Both the position numbers and the translations under genes were made by a program. Below are positions 9,798 through 20,056 of a stretch of DNA of 64,000 bases, piece after piece. Under the pieces are notes generated by a model that saw only the letters and a list, made by a program, of their open reading frames with translations, was not told the DNA's origin and ran no database searches. Within the stretch, counting starts at the first letter, position 1. Each line of letters opens with the position of its first letter. This stretch comes from a bacterium (GTDB lineage Bacteria; UBA8248). Location: NCBI GenBank assembly GCA_965207065.1, contig OZ242260.1, positions 192,001-256,000 of the forward strand. Direction: 5' to 3'.

Positions 9798-9924
9798 TTG
9801 TCACGCCGACCTGGAAAATCGATGCGGCGTATGTGAAAATAAGGACTCTGGTCAAAGACCACCGGGACAATTCCATTCAACAAGGCGTCCGCACGGAGCG
9901 GCGGACGAGAAGGAGATTTTGAAC

Positions 9925-10707
9925 ATGTCGGAAAGAGTAACCGTCGTAGAGGTCAGGGACAAAACCCTCTGGGTGGGGCTCAACCGCCCCAAAACGCTGA
10001 ATGCGATGAATTTCCAGATGATCAACGAAGTCATCGAAGCCTTCACGCGGCTCGATGAGGACCCCGATATCGGCGTGGGCGTCATGTACGGCCTGAACGG
10101 GAACTTCTCCTCGGGCGGCGACATGGACATGATGCTGGGGCTGAACTACCAAACGGGCCACATCTGGAACAACAAGATGCGGCGTCTGTGCATGACGCTC
10201 AGGAACTCGGGCAAGCCCACCATCGCCATGGTGCGCGGCTGGTGCATCGGCGGCGGCAACGAGTGGCAGCTCTACTGCGACCTCTGCATCGCGAGCGAGA
10301 ACGCGACGTTCGGCCAATCGGGCGCGCGCGTGGGCGCGCTGCCCGTGGTGGGCGCCACGCAGTACCTCCCGCTTCTGATGGGCGATCGCAGGGCGCGCGA
10401 GATGCTGTTCCTGGCCAAGCGCTACCCGGCGCAGGAGGCCAAGGAAGTCGGCCTCATCAACGAAGTCGTGCCGGATAACAAGCTCGAGAAGACTACCGAG
10501 GAGTGGTGCGCCACCATCAACTCCCACGCCCCGGCCACCCTGCGCTACATGAAGACGAACCTGAACTTCCTGGGCGACCTCCACTACCCCTCCTGGATGC
10601 ACGGCAGCGAACTACTGAACGCCGTGTGGAACAACGAGCAATCCGTCGAGGGAATGAACGCGTTCAAGGAGAAAAGGCCACCCGACTTCAGCCGCTTCCC
10701 CCGCTAG
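9925..10707 (+). CDS. Enoyl-CoA hydratase/isomerase (crotonase) family, MenB/BadI-like
   Basis: LNRPKTLNAM, FSSGGD, GWCIGGGNE, FGQSGARVG and EGMNAFKEKRPPDF; RBS AAGGAG. Confidence 0.88.
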   Translation: MSERVTVVEVRDKTLWVGLNRPKTLNAMNFQMINEVIEAFTRLDEDPDIGVGVMYGLNGNFSSGGDMDMMLGLNYQTGHIWNNKMRRLCMTLRNSGKPTIAMVRGWCIGGGNEWQLYCDLCIASENATFGQSGARVGALPVVGATQYLPLLMGDRRAREMLFLAKRYPAQEAKEVGLINEVVPDNKLEKTTEEWCATINSHAPATLRYMKTNLNFLGDLHYPSWMHGSELLNAVWNNEQSVEGMNAFKEKRPPDFSRFPR

Positions 10708-10788
10708 GGGCGACGGAGAAATCTGGCGAAGAGAATTTATTACGACCCCGTCGGACGTGCGCCCTGCGCGTCCGCCGGTTCACGTACC

Positions 10789-11283
10789 ATGCCGCTTCAC
10801 TCGATGTCCACCGGAGGAAAATGGGTGGCGCGCGAGAAAGTCGGGCCACGCCCCGGTCATGTACGCAGCGGTGCGGGCGTAAATGCGCGCTTCGTGGATG
10901 CGGAAGCCCTAGACTTGCTGCTACTCCCGCGCGATGCGTTCGGCTTCGACGCGGAAATTTACGCCGGGGCCGAGATTCTGGTCGACAGCATGGAGCCGCT
11001 GCTTCCGGAGGGCTGCTTCGTCCTCATCGATTTGAGCGACAAGACGCCGCGCCGAAACGGCATTTACGCCCTGCACGGGGCGGACGGGCAGTGCGCGGTC
11101 AAACACGTCGAGGTGATCGACGCGAGGCGCATGGCCCTCATCCCGGAGAATCGCGCGGCGTTTCGTGCAGAATTATGGGAACTGGCGACCGGAGAAACAA
11201 TGGAAGATAAAATTATCGGCAGGGTCGTCTGGCGCACCCTTCGCTTGAAGAATAACGCCGGAGAAGAGCCGCCGGGCCGCTAG
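10789..11283 (+). CDS. Stand-alone S24-family peptidase (LexA/UmuD-like catalytic domain)
   Basis: DSMEP (Ser), AVKHV (Lys), IPEN and IIGRVVW; no N-terminal HTH; frame stays open upstream to a CTG at 10723. Confidence 0.75.
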   Translation: MPLHSMSTGGKWVAREKVGPRPGHVRSGAGVNARFVDAEALDLLLLPRDAFGFDAEIYAGAEILVDSMEPLLPEGCFVLIDLSDKTPRRNGIYALHGADGQCAVKHVEVIDARRMALIPENRAAFRAELWELATGETMEDKIIGRVVWRTLRLKNNAGEEPPGR

Positions 11284-11945
11284 CGGGCGTAGCCCTTTCG
11301 CCTGTAGACGCCGGGGGAGCCCGGCTCCTGGCGGTAGTAGCTCCTCACGCGCGACGTCCACTCGGAGGCGTTCATGTGCTTCCACTCCGGCGTTTCGCGC
11401 ACGGATTCATCCTCCATCTCATAGAGGACGATCATGAGCCGCTCCCCCTCCACGGGGCTGTAGCGGCGCATGCGCCTCACCCCCGGCACCTTCTCGCAAA
11501 GGGGGCCGCGATCCCGTGAATACCAGCCGTTGAAATCGGCGAGCCTGTCCTGGGGCACGTTGATTCTGCCGAACTGAATAACGGGGCCGAGACCCGCCGC
11601 CTCCACCGAGGGGAAATCCGGCGGCCGGCCCGGCAAGCCAGGATAGACCTGCGCGCTGACGAGGCGAATACGGGTCGTCGGAGCGACGGGGGAGCCCATC
11701 TCGGCCGAATCCATGAGCGAGGCGAACTCCTCTCCATAGTATACGTGGACGTTCTCCGCCTCCACGAGGTTCAGAAAGCGCGGCGCGCCGTCTATCACCT
11801 CATAGCTCGCCCCTCCACTCACGCCCGGGACTTCGAGCATCCGCGAGAGGCGAACCTCATTAAGCCACGCGCTTGCTTCCGCCTCCTCGCCTTCCGCGAA
11901 GTCGAACAGCTCGGCGAGCAAACCCATTCCATGCGTGCGTACCAA
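11280..11945 (-). CDS. Tandem EthD/DUF4286-like dimeric alpha-beta barrel protein
   Basis: Two repeats of WxxExxxxxxxxVPGVxxxxxY (WLNEVRLSRMLEVPGV; FNGWYSRDRGPLCEKVPGVRRMRRY). Confidence 0.7.
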   Translation of the reverse strand: MVRTHGMGLLAELFDFAEGEEAEASAWLNEVRLSRMLEVPGVSGGASYEVIDGAPRFLNLVEAENVHVYYGEEFASLMDSAEMGSPVAPTTRIRLVSAQVYPGLPGRPPDFPSVEAAGLGPVIQFGRINVPQDRLADFNGWYSRDRGPLCEKVPGVRRMRRYSPVEGERLMIVLYEMEDESVRETPEWKHMNASEWTSRVRSYYRQEPGSPGVYRRKGYAR

Positions 11946-11994
11946 AACAGTCTTGCCTCTTTGACGACGGGAAATAGAATAAGGAGAGTCTACA

Positions 11995-12306
11995 CTATTC
12001 CTTCTGGAGAGCCACCCGTATCGTCCCCCCGTACTGCGCGGCCACCAGGTGATGGGGGCGATACCCTTCCTTGAGAATTTCGACCGTGAACGTATCGGCG
12101 TAATGATCCTTTATCTTCTTCCAGGGGATGAGGACCGGCGATTTGCCTATCTTCTCCTTGCCGAGCTTGACCGTAGCGCCCGGAGGCTCCGTGATCACCT
12201 CCACGCCGCGCGGCACCATGTCGCCGCATCCGCTCAAAACGAGAAAGGCGGCGAGAAGCGCCCATCCCATGCCGAGGGTCTTGCGCATTTTTTGTTTCTC
12301 CTTCAT
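11995..12306 (-). CDS. PEGA-domain lipoprotein
   Basis: Lipobox VLSGC; VEVITEPPGATVKLG..IGKSP..VEILKEGY. Confidence 0.8.
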   Translation of the reverse strand: MKEKQKMRKTLGMGWALLAAFLVLSGCGDMVPRGVEVITEPPGATVKLGKEKIGKSPVLIPWKKIKDHYADTFTVEILKEGYRPHHLVAAQYGGTIRVALQKE

Positions 12307-12457
12307 TGCTGTGCCCATCAAATACCATGTATTCATACGAAGCGGGTTCACCGGAAGGCCCCCACATTGAATCTTACAAGATTATGAACCCATCTCTTGA
12401 CAAAATCCACCTCGAAACACATTCTCGGCGAGAAATTCGGGAGGGGAGGAGTTCCAC

Positions 12458-12931
12458 TTGCGCTGTCACCGCTATTATTTCGACCTCATACTCGAGGGCA
12501 TGGACAAATACAACCTCGCCGACTGCATCGTGGACGAATACCTGCCCCTCACCGCGCAAATGCCCATCTGGGAGATTGCGGAAAAAATCCGCGAGGGACA
12601 CCTCCACTTCGAGCACGAAAGCCTGGAGCCTCTCGAGGAATTCCCGAAAAACCTGGAGGCTTTCAGCGCCTATCTCCACCAGGTGGTCAAGGGCTTTCAC
12701 GCTGTCGAAGAGGCGGAAGACGCCCGAGTCCGACTCGTGAAGGCCCAAAAGATACTCGCGCTGAGAGGCGAAGTCGTCACACTACCGCTACGGCTTCCGC
12801 CCACGCTCCTGCTCAACGACCTGGACCCCGACGCGGAGGACCTCGACCACATCGAGGCTCGCTGGCCCGACTACCCGCGCTGGTTCCAGGACGGGATGCG
12901 CAGAAAACACCCCTACTTGAGGCGTCTCTAG
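12458..12931 (+). CDS. Hypothetical protein
   Basis: TTG start with a GGAGGAG RBS; host-like codon usage; family not recognised. Confidence 0.7.
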   Translation: MRCHRYYFDLILEGMDKYNLADCIVDEYLPLTAQMPIWEIAEKIREGHLHFEHESLEPLEEFPKNLEAFSAYLHQVVKGFHAVEEAEDARVRLVKAQKILALRGEVVTLPLRLPPTLLLNDLDPDAEDLDHIEARWPDYPRWFQDGMRRKHPYLRRL

Positions 12932-12949
12932 GTGACTCGGTGAAGCGAA

Positions 12950-14482
12950 TCAGGGACTGATCTTCAGGAAGTTCGGGTCGCTCTCATCCCCATAAGCTTC
13001 GAGCGGCTCGCCCGCATCCTCCGTGTCGCCCGCTCGGGGGGGATCCTCCTCGGGAGTGGCGCGCTCGCTCTCCTCTGCCTCGTTCGCGTCATCTGCTTCC
13101 AGCAGCTCGGGTGAGTCATCCGCGGAGAAGATTTGCGTGCCGTCATCCTCCTCGCCCGCCTCACGCGCCTGCAGCGCGCGCGGGGTTTTCTCCACGGGAG
13201 AGACCACGCCGATCTCCCCTCCCGGCGCGCTGCCGTACTCGCCGAATTTTCTCGCCGACACCAGCACGCGTGATTCATACGAACCCACCGCCTTGTTGTA
13301 GGCTTCGACGGCGCGGTCCAGACCCCGGCCCATGGCGTCGAAATGCTTCGCCAGCGTCTTCAAGCGCGCATGGAGTTCCTGACCGAGCGCGCTTACCGCT
13401 TGGGCGCTCTCGGCCACCTTCTCCTGCCGCCAGCCGTAGGCCACCGCGCGCAACAGGGCGATGAGCGTCGTGGGCGTCGCCAGAATCACCTGCCGGCTCA
13501 CGCCCTCCTCTATCAGTCCGGGTTCCTGTTCGAGCGCCGCGCTGAAGAAACTTTCGCCGGGCAGGAACATCGCCACGAACTCAGGTGTTGACTCGCACTG
13601 ATCCCAGTACGCCTTCGAACTCAGGCGGTTCATGTGATCGCGAATCTGGCGCGCGTGATCTCCCAACAAGGCGCGGCGCGCCTCCTCATCCTCCGCTTCG
13701 AGCGAGTTGAGATAGGCGTCGAGCGGCGCCTTGGCGTCGACCACCACGTTCTTCCCACCGGGCAGCTTCACGATGAGGTCGGGGCGCAGGCGCGCCTCCT
13801 CGCCCTCGAGTGTCTGCTGCTCCACGAAGTCGCAATGCGCCACCATTCCGGCCATCTCCACCACGCGCCGAAGCTGCATCTCTCCCCAGCGGCCGCGCAC
13901 GTTCGGCGCACGCAGGGCCTTTACGAGATTCCCCGTCTCCGATTGAAGCTCTTTCTGGCTGCTCGCGAGGGATTTCACCTGCTCGGTGAGAGAACCATAG
14001 GCCTCCCGCCTGGCTCGTTCGAGGTCTTCCACCTGGGTGCCCACCTTGTCGAGCGATTCCCGGATGGGAGTAACGAGGGTCTCCACCGCCTTCTGGCGCG
14101 CTTCGAGGTCGCCCTTGGCCTCGCTCTGGAATTTTTCGAGGGTCGACTTGGCCAGATCGAGGAAAGAGGCGTTGTTGCTCTTGAGAGCGTCTGCGCTCAG
14201 CGCGCCGAAACTCTCGCGCATCTCCTCCGTCGCGCGGCGAAGCAGATCGAGTTTTTCCTGCGCCGATTTTCGCTCGTGCGCCAGATCGGACTCGAGGCGC
14301 GCCACGTCCTCGCGCAGGCTCATGCTCTTCTCCAGTTCTGCGGCGTGGGACGCCTGGGCGTCGGCCTTTTCCATCTCGGAGTTGCGCAGCATCTGGGACA
14401 GGCTCGAAATCCGCGTTCTCATGGCAAACCAGCAGCACAATACGAGAACTGCGGCTCCCAAGGCGACGTGCCAGATTTCCAT
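12950..14482 (-). CDS. rmuC: DNA recombination protein RmuC
   Basis: N-terminal TM and coiled coil, [34 protein letters not shown]; acidic low-complexity tail. Confidence 0.93.
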   Translation of the reverse strand: MEIWHVALGAAVLVLCCWFAMRTRISSLSQMLRNSEMEKADAQASHAAELEKSMSLREDVARLESDLAHERKSAQEKLDLLRRATEEMRESFGALSADALKSNNASFLDLAKSTLEKFQSEAKGDLEARQKAVETLVTPIRESLDKVGTQVEDLERARREAYGSLTEQVKSLASSQKELQSETGNLVKALRAPNVRGRWGEMQLRRVVEMAGMVAHCDFVEQQTLEGEEARLRPDLIVKLPGGKNVVVDAKAPLDAYLNSLEAEDEEARRALLGDHARQIRDHMNRLSSKAYWDQCESTPEFVAMFLPGESFFSAALEQEPGLIEEGVSRQVILATPTTLIALLRAVAYGWRQEKVAESAQAVSALGQELHARLKTLAKHFDAMGRGLDRAVEAYNKAVGSYESRVLVSARKFGEYGSAPGGEIGVVSPVEKTPRALQAREAGEEDDGTQIFSADDSPELLEADDANEAEESERATPEEDPPRAGDTEDAGEPLEAYGDESDPNFLKISP

Positions 14483-14599
14483 GCGGGGATTCTCCCGGGG
14501 GCGGTGATTTTTCGTGGCGGGCGGGGTTCGGCAAGTTCTGCGGCTATTGTATCAGGATTCGCGCAAATATGCTCACTGGCAGATTTTGGTCATGAAAAC

Positions 14600-14779
14600 G
14601 GGCAGCCACGGGGGGCCGCCCCTACGGAACACTGCGCCCGAAACGAGGCGTAGGGACAGGCCCCTGTGCCTGTCCTGACGAAGGACGACCACGGAGGGCC
14701 GGACAACCCCGTGGAGGGGTTGTCCGGCTACAAAACCAACGTACCCCACCGCTTCAGGGGACCTTTTCAACAACCTCTC
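14600..14779. repeat. REP-like hairpin cluster B with right-end IR
   Basis: GTAGGGACAGGCCCCTGTGCCTGTCCTGACGAAGGACGACC is the near-exact reverse complement of ~53026-53068; ends CCTTTTCAACAACCTC. Confidence 0.7.
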
Positions 14780-14849
14780 TCCGCCCGCAAGAAACGGCTC
14801 GTCCGGGCTACAAGGCACCAGGGAACCCCTCCTCCCCGCCCCTATGAAC

Positions 14850-15125
14850 TCATTCTTCTTCTAGGCGGACGGCGGTGTCGATGAGGATGCGGTATATCCG
14901 CTCGAGGACCTCGGGCGGGCACGGACCTTCATTGCCATCCAATATCCTGGCGATCACCTCGTTCTCGCGCGCCTCGTCCCTGACGGCGATGCCTTGCGCG
15001 TTCTTGTATTCGCCGACTTCGAGGCAGATTTTGAGCCGCTCGTTGATGAGGCGGATGATCTGCGCATCGCACGCATCTATCCGCTCCCTGAACCCGGACA
15101 AACTATCCGCCATGCGGAACTCCAT
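14850..15125 (-). CDS. Monofunctional chorismate mutase (AroQ type); start 15125 or 15113
   Basis: LSGFRERIDACDAQIIRLINER, VGEYK and VRDEARENEVI. Confidence 0.88.
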   Translation of the reverse strand: MEFRMADSLSGFRERIDACDAQIIRLINERLKICLEVGEYKNAQGIAVRDEARENEVIARILDGNEGPCPPEVLERIYRILIDTAVRLEEE

Positions 15126-15254
15126 TTGAGCTTAGTGAAAACAGATACGCGATTATACCACGATTCGCGGCGGTTTCATTCCTTCAGGCCCAATCCCTGC
15201 GAAAACGCCGTATCGGGGCCTCATCCTGAGCAGGCGCGCAAGCGCTCCTTCATC

Positions 15255-15509
15255 GGGGTTGTTGAAAAGTACTCAGAAGGAGCGCGCAAAATTTCACTCC
15301 ACCCTTGAGGGGGAGTCGATGAGGTGAGGGTGTGAACCCGAAACCGAATCGGTGGGGGAGATTAATTCTGTGGCATGTCCCCCCACCGAATCGGCCTTCG
15401 CCCAAGGGCTTGGCCTCTTCGACTCCTCCTCGAGGGGGGAGTGATGTCTCCTCTCTCGTCAGTCGCTTATATACTTCGAACCACGAAATCAGGACTTTTC
15501 AACTACACC
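15255..15509. mobile_element. MITE-like element C
   Basis: GGGGTTGTTGAAAAGT ... GGACTTTTCAACTACACC; internal inverted pair CACTCCACCCTTGAGGGGGAGTCGA / TCGACTCCTCCTCGAGGGGGGAGTGA; its right ~60 nt matches 54980-55040 in inverted orientation. Confidence 0.7.
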
Positions 15510-15627
15510 GGCGCGGGGCGTTTTTCATTGCCGTTTGCGCCGTGAATTTGATATGTTGCTCTCATTCGACGCGCGAATCTTTTCGCTACATCGACATAAA
15601 TTCTCTCCCGAAAAAGGAGTCTTTCAC

Positions 15628-17478
15628 ATGCCGCATCGTTTTCGTCTGCTTGGCGCCATCATTTTCGTTCTCGCACTTGGATTCGCCGGAAGCGCTCAGG
15701 CGCAGAGCTTCAGCAACGTCGTCGTCTTCGGCGACAGCCTGAGCGATTCGGGCAACGCGGCCGCCGCATCGGGGCTGCCGCTGCCGCCCGGCACCAGCTT
15801 CACCACGAACCCCGACCCCGTCTGGGCCGAAATAGTCGCGGAGTCCTTCGGCGCATCCGGTGCATACTCGCTCGCGGGCGGGCCGAACTACGCCTTCGCC
15901 GGAGCGTGCATGAACCCGGCTACGCCCTGTGATGTCGACGATTCGCCGACCGTGACGGAGCAAATCGGCATGCATCTCGCCGCACGGGGCGGTAGCCTCG
16001 ACACGAATTCGCTCTATACCATCTGGGGCGGTTTGAACGACATCGCCGACTCCGCGCTGAGCAATCCGGCTACCGCGCTGGGCCACGTTATCGCGGCCGC
16101 AGACGTGAACGCCGCGCAGATACGCCGCCTCCGAGAAACGGGCGCCCGCCACATCGTGGTGTTCAACATGCCCGACGCCTCGCTGGCGCCTTTCGCCGTC
16201 GCCCTGGGTCCAGCCAATCAAGCGGGGCTCAGAGCACTGGTCGACCAATACAACCAGAAACTCTACGCCGGCATTCGCGAGAACGAGGGGGGCGTCGTTC
16301 CCATCAACATCCATGCCGCGCTGGGCGCGCTCGCCGCGAACCCGGGGAGGTACGGCATTACCAACACCAACGGAACGGCATGCGGGGTGCCGAATGCGGG
16401 CAGCGCGGTCTCCATCCAATGCGGGCCTGCGGGTACTCCCTTTCCCGTAACCTATGCGCCCGGCGCGAACGAGACGTATCTGTTCGCGGACCGCAGCCAT
16501 CCAAGCGGCGCTGTCCACGCGATGCTCGCGAACATGGTCACCTCCACGCTCGCGGCTCCGCTGCAGGTATCTCTTGCGGGCGAGGCGGGCGCAGATGCGG
16601 CGGCCGCTCACCACGGCGCCATTTCGGCGGAGCGGGATGCCGACTTCGCACTGCCCGAGGGAGGCTGGCGCGGTTATGCGCGGGGGCAGTTCGGCAGGAA
16701 CGACGCAGGCGCTCTGCCGCGTCTCGGGGAAATCGAATCCGAGATGACCGGCATTACCCTGGGCGCAGGCCATCGCGCCGGGCCGGACCTCTCCTGGGGC
16801 GCCGCGCTCAGCGTCGTCCGCCACGGGAACGAACTTTACGGGGCGAACCTGGAGGGCGACGTCGTGCTCGGCTCGCTGCACGGCGCGTGGCGCAGCGGCG
16901 GCCTGCAGGTGAGCGTCGCCCTGACCCTGGGACAGTCGTCGATAGACGTCGAGCGTCCGGTCACTCTCGCGGCGTTCACGCGCACCGAGCGCGGCTCCAC
17001 CGAAGCCGCCCAGTTCGGGGGCGAATTCGAGCTGGCGTGTATGCTGGGCGCTTCGGAGACGCTCCGGCACGGCCCGTTTTTCGGACTCTCGCTGCTCAAC
17101 CAGGAGGTCAAGGGCTACCGGGAGAGCGGGAATTCCTCGACCGCGATGAATTTTTCCGATTTCTCGCGCAACTCGCTCATCATGAGCGGCGGCTACCGCT
17201 TCGGCTGGAGCGTGGGCGGACTTCGCCCCTACGCCCGCATCGCCTATGAGCATGAACTCGAAGACGACCCCATCCTCGTCTCGGCGGGGTCGAACACCAT
17301 GCCGGGGCGCTTCAGCATCCCGGGCTTCGAGCCTGCGAGCAGCATCGTGAGCACCGACTTGGGCGTGAGCGCGAAACTGGGCGAGCGCACGAGCGGCCTC
17401 TTGAACTACTCCGGACGCTTCGGCGAAGACTCGCGCCGCAGCCACCAGTTCTCGCTCGCCTTGAGGATGGTGTTTTGA
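15628..17478 (+). CDS. estA: GDSL/SGNH esterase autotransporter
   Basis: Signal peptide; FGDSLSDSGN, GGLND and FADRSHP blocks; C-terminal beta-barrel ending in F; RBS AAGGAG. Confidence 0.92.
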   Translation: MPHRFRLLGAIIFVLALGFAGSAQAQSFSNVVVFGDSLSDSGNAAAASGLPLPPGTSFTTNPDPVWAEIVAESFGASGAYSLAGGPNYAFAGACMNPATPCDVDDSPTVTEQIGMHLAARGGSLDTNSLYTIWGGLNDIADSALSNPATALGHVIAAADVNAAQIRRLRETGARHIVVFNMPDASLAPFAVALGPANQAGLRALVDQYNQKLYAGIRENEGGVVPINIHAALGALAANPGRYGITNTNGTACGVPNAGSAVSIQCGPAGTPFPVTYAPGANETYLFADRSHPSGAVHAMLANMVTSTLAAPLQVSLAGEAGADAAAAHHGAISAERDADFALPEGGWRGYARGQFGRNDAGALPRLGEIESEMTGITLGAGHRAGPDLSWGAALSVVRHGNELYGANLEGDVVLGSLHGAWRSGGLQVSVALTLGQSSIDVERPVTLAAFTRTERGSTEAAQFGGEFELACMLGASETLRHGPFFGLSLLNQEVKGYRESGNSSTAMNFSDFSRNSLIMSGGYRFGWSVGGLRPYARIAYEHELEDDPILVSAGSNTMPGRFSIPGFEPASSIVSTDLGVSAKLGERTSGLLNYSGRFGEDSRRSHQFSLALRMVF

Positions 17479-17716
17479 GCGGGGCGGGGGAAAAGGGTTG
17501 GGGCCGGGCGACAAACGAGTCGCAGGAGAGATTGTCCCACGCATATATGCGGTCCGACCGACGGCGGTGAGCAAATCCCTCGGCGCCGGATAGCAGGACC
17601 GCTCGCCGCTCCGCCCGATGCGGCCTTGCGGCTTTCCGGGAAAAGCGCGATGATGAAACGTCTAACTGAGGCGAAAACAGGTTATTTCATCCTCCATACA
17701 AAGGAGCGGAAAACCC

Positions 17717-18049
17717 ATGAGCAGCGAGTTGGCGGCCAAGGAATGCGTGCCTTGCAAAGGCGGCGTGCCCCCGCTTGAGGGAGAGGCCCTCTCCGCCCTG
17801 CAGGAGCAGCTGGGCGGCGATTGGCAGGTGGTGGACGAGCATCACCTGGAAAAAGAGTACCGCTTCCCCGACTTCCGGACGGCGCTTGATTTCACGAACC
17901 GGGTGGGTGAGATGGCCGAGGAGCAGGGCCATCATCCCGACATCTATCTGGCGTGGGGGAAGGTGAAGGTCACCGTGTGGACGCACAAGATAAACGGCTT
18001 GACGGAGAGCGATTTCGTCTTCGCGGCCAAATCGGACCAGGCATTGTAG
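17717..18049 (+). CDS. phhB: Pterin-4-alpha-carbinolamine dehydratase
   Basis: CVPCKGGVPPL, AEEQGHHPDI and WTHKINGLTESDFVFAAK. Confidence 0.93.
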   Translation: MSSELAAKECVPCKGGVPPLEGEALSALQEQLGGDWQVVDEHHLEKEYRFPDFRTALDFTNRVGEMAEEQGHHPDIYLAWGKVKVTVWTHKINGLTESDFVFAAKSDQAL

Positions 18050-18127
18050 AGAACGCATTCTTATCGTGAGGACGCACGAAGAGGACGTGAAACCGCGTCC
18101 TCTTTTTCTTTTCGGGGCAGGGGAAAC

Positions 18128-19192
18128 TTGCGAATCGCTTTTCTGAACTCCTGGACCCTCGACGTCGCGAAAGGCTCGGGCACGGCGGCGGCCATCACGG
18201 GCCTGGCGGGCGGGCTGGAAGCAAACGGGCATACGGTGGAGATCATCGGCCCGGACGAGCGCGCATCGAGCCTTCTGCTCCAGAGGCTGCTGTATAATCT
18301 GGAGTTGAAGGACCGCATATCGCCCGATGATTTCGACCTCATCGTCGGCTTCGACATCGACGGCTTCGACCTGAGCATAACAGTCCCCTTCATCGTCTAT
18401 CTGCACGGAATCTCGGCCGACGAGATGCGATTCGAGCGCGGCGCGCCTCGCCAGTACCTGCGCGCGCTCTCCCATCTCGAACGCGCCAACGCGCATCGCG
18501 CCGACAGGGTCATCGTCACCAGCGAATACAGCCGGGGCGTGGCCTGTGAGGCGTATGGACTGCCGGCGGAGAAAGTCGGCGTCGTGGGAAACGGAATCCA
18601 TCCGGCCCATTGGGAGCGCGTGAGTGAGTTGAGGCGTCCGGCAGGCCGCACCATCCTCTCGGTGGCGCGTCAATACCCCAGGAAGAACACCAGGAGCCTC
18701 GTGGGGGCCATGCCGAGGGTGCTCGCGGCCGCGCCCGATGCGAAGTTGCGCGTCGTGGGCGGCGGCCCGGAATGGAAGAGCCTGGAAAAACAGGTAGACA
18801 GGCTGGGCCTCGGGACCGCCGTGACGCTTCTGGGCGAGGTGCCCGGCGACGAGGCCGTGCGCCGTGAATACGGGGCGGCGGACGTTTTCTGCCTGCCCTC
18901 GCTCCAGGAGGGCTTCGGCATCGCATATCTCGAAGCCATGGCGGCGGGCCTGCCCGTGGTGGCGCTCGACGTGGCGGCGGCGCCCGAGATTGTGGGGGAT
19001 GCGGGCGTCCTGCTGCCGCCGCCTGTGGATGAGGCCGCCCTGGCCGGCGCGCTCATCGACCTGCTGAAGAACCCGGCCTTGCGCGAAGAACTCGGCCGGC
19101 GCGGAGTCGAGCGCGCCGCCGCATACTCTTGGCGCGCCGTGGCCGGGCGCTTCATCCGGGAGGTCTCTCCCTGCCTGGGCGGCGCACCCTGA
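18128..19192 (+). CDS. Glycosyltransferase family 4
   Basis: NGI, VARQYPRKN and FCLPSLQEGFGIAYLEAMAAGLPVV. Confidence 0.92.
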   Translation: MRIAFLNSWTLDVAKGSGTAAAITGLAGGLEANGHTVEIIGPDERASSLLLQRLLYNLELKDRISPDDFDLIVGFDIDGFDLSITVPFIVYLHGISADEMRFERGAPRQYLRALSHLERANAHRADRVIVTSEYSRGVACEAYGLPAEKVGVVGNGIHPAHWERVSELRRPAGRTILSVARQYPRKNTRSLVGAMPRVLAAAPDAKLRVVGGGPEWKSLEKQVDRLGLGTAVTLLGEVPGDEAVRREYGAADVFCLPSLQEGFGIAYLEAMAAGLPVVALDVAAAPEIVGDAGVLLPPPVDEAALAGALIDLLKNPALREELGRRGVERAAAYSWRAVAGRFIREVSPCLGGAP

Positions 19193-19826
19193 CTCCCCGC
19201 GCCCCCGAATGCGGGCAGTTGCGGGGAGATGCGCGGTAGGCGAAAAACTTTATTTACCGCCATATCTGAGTGCAGGACGCTAAGATTTACATGGCAACCC
19301 TTTTGATTACAACCACTTGCAGGAGCACAACATTTCAGGAATTTATCGAAAAACCCCGTGAATTTATCTGAATTTATCGAAAATATGATTATTTGCATTT
19401 TCTTCGTCACGCCTGGGCCCACGAATACCCCTCCCCTGCTCATGGTGATGAAACCCGAGAGAGAATCGAGGCCGAACCAGGCCAATGCGGCTGAAACCGC
19501 CGTCATCACGCTCACCCCATCGCCTGAATCCATGAGAAAGCCTCCGCGTCTTTTGTCAATTCCGGCTGAGGAAGAAGGAATTGACCGAATCATGCGGGAA
19601 AATCGTTTTCCCGCGCCTGGCGCACGATAACAGAGGGCGGGGTTGCAGGAAGTACGGCAATTGCGGGGAAATGCGGGTCAAAGCTGGAGGGAGACAGAGT
19701 TTACGTCTTAGTAGGGGCGGCTCGCGAGCCGCCCGAATTCTTTTGAAGTTTTCGTCATTCCCGCGAATGAAGGTGAGAATCGACAGGTTGACCAGAATCA
19801 ACGTGTTACTCGTGAACGTAGAGCTT

Positions 19827-19953
19827 CCGTAGTGGTGTCGGACTTCCTCGAGGAGGGGGAGTTCGAGCGTGTCCGCCCTATGGCGTTAGAGGGGAAAGAC
19901 ACCGTAGGGGTGTCGAGCTTCCCCGATGAAGGGGAGTTCGAAAGCGTCCGCCC
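19827..19953 (+). repeat. Two tandem ~52-bp GTAG-type REP-like units (19827-19878, 19902-19953)
   Basis: CCGTAG(T/G)GGTGTCG..CTTCC..GA.GA.GGGGAGTTCGA..G.GTCCGCCC; an inverted copy lies at 23941-23989 and a further relative near 57044-57080. Confidence 0.7.
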
Positions 19954-20056
19954 ACACCCCCCTCGCCTGCTTCCAGCTGTTCGTTGATTCGGAGGGAGAA
20001 GGTGGGGCAGGCTTAGTAAGAAGTAGACAATCGCCATTCTCACTAATAACTATAAT

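Noticed and set aside
15586-17574. Long antisense or alternate-frame ORFs (e.g. 15586-17574, 25783-27360, 36155-37720, 41331-42665, 55413-56909)
   Set aside because: These are shadow ORFs of GC-rich genes with recognisable products on the other strand or frame.
19827-19953. Two 52-bp repeats with a 23-bp spacer as a mini-CRISPR or as transposon ends with 23941-23989
   Set aside because: Only two divergent units, no cas genes, and related copies are dispersed (57044), so a REP family explains them.
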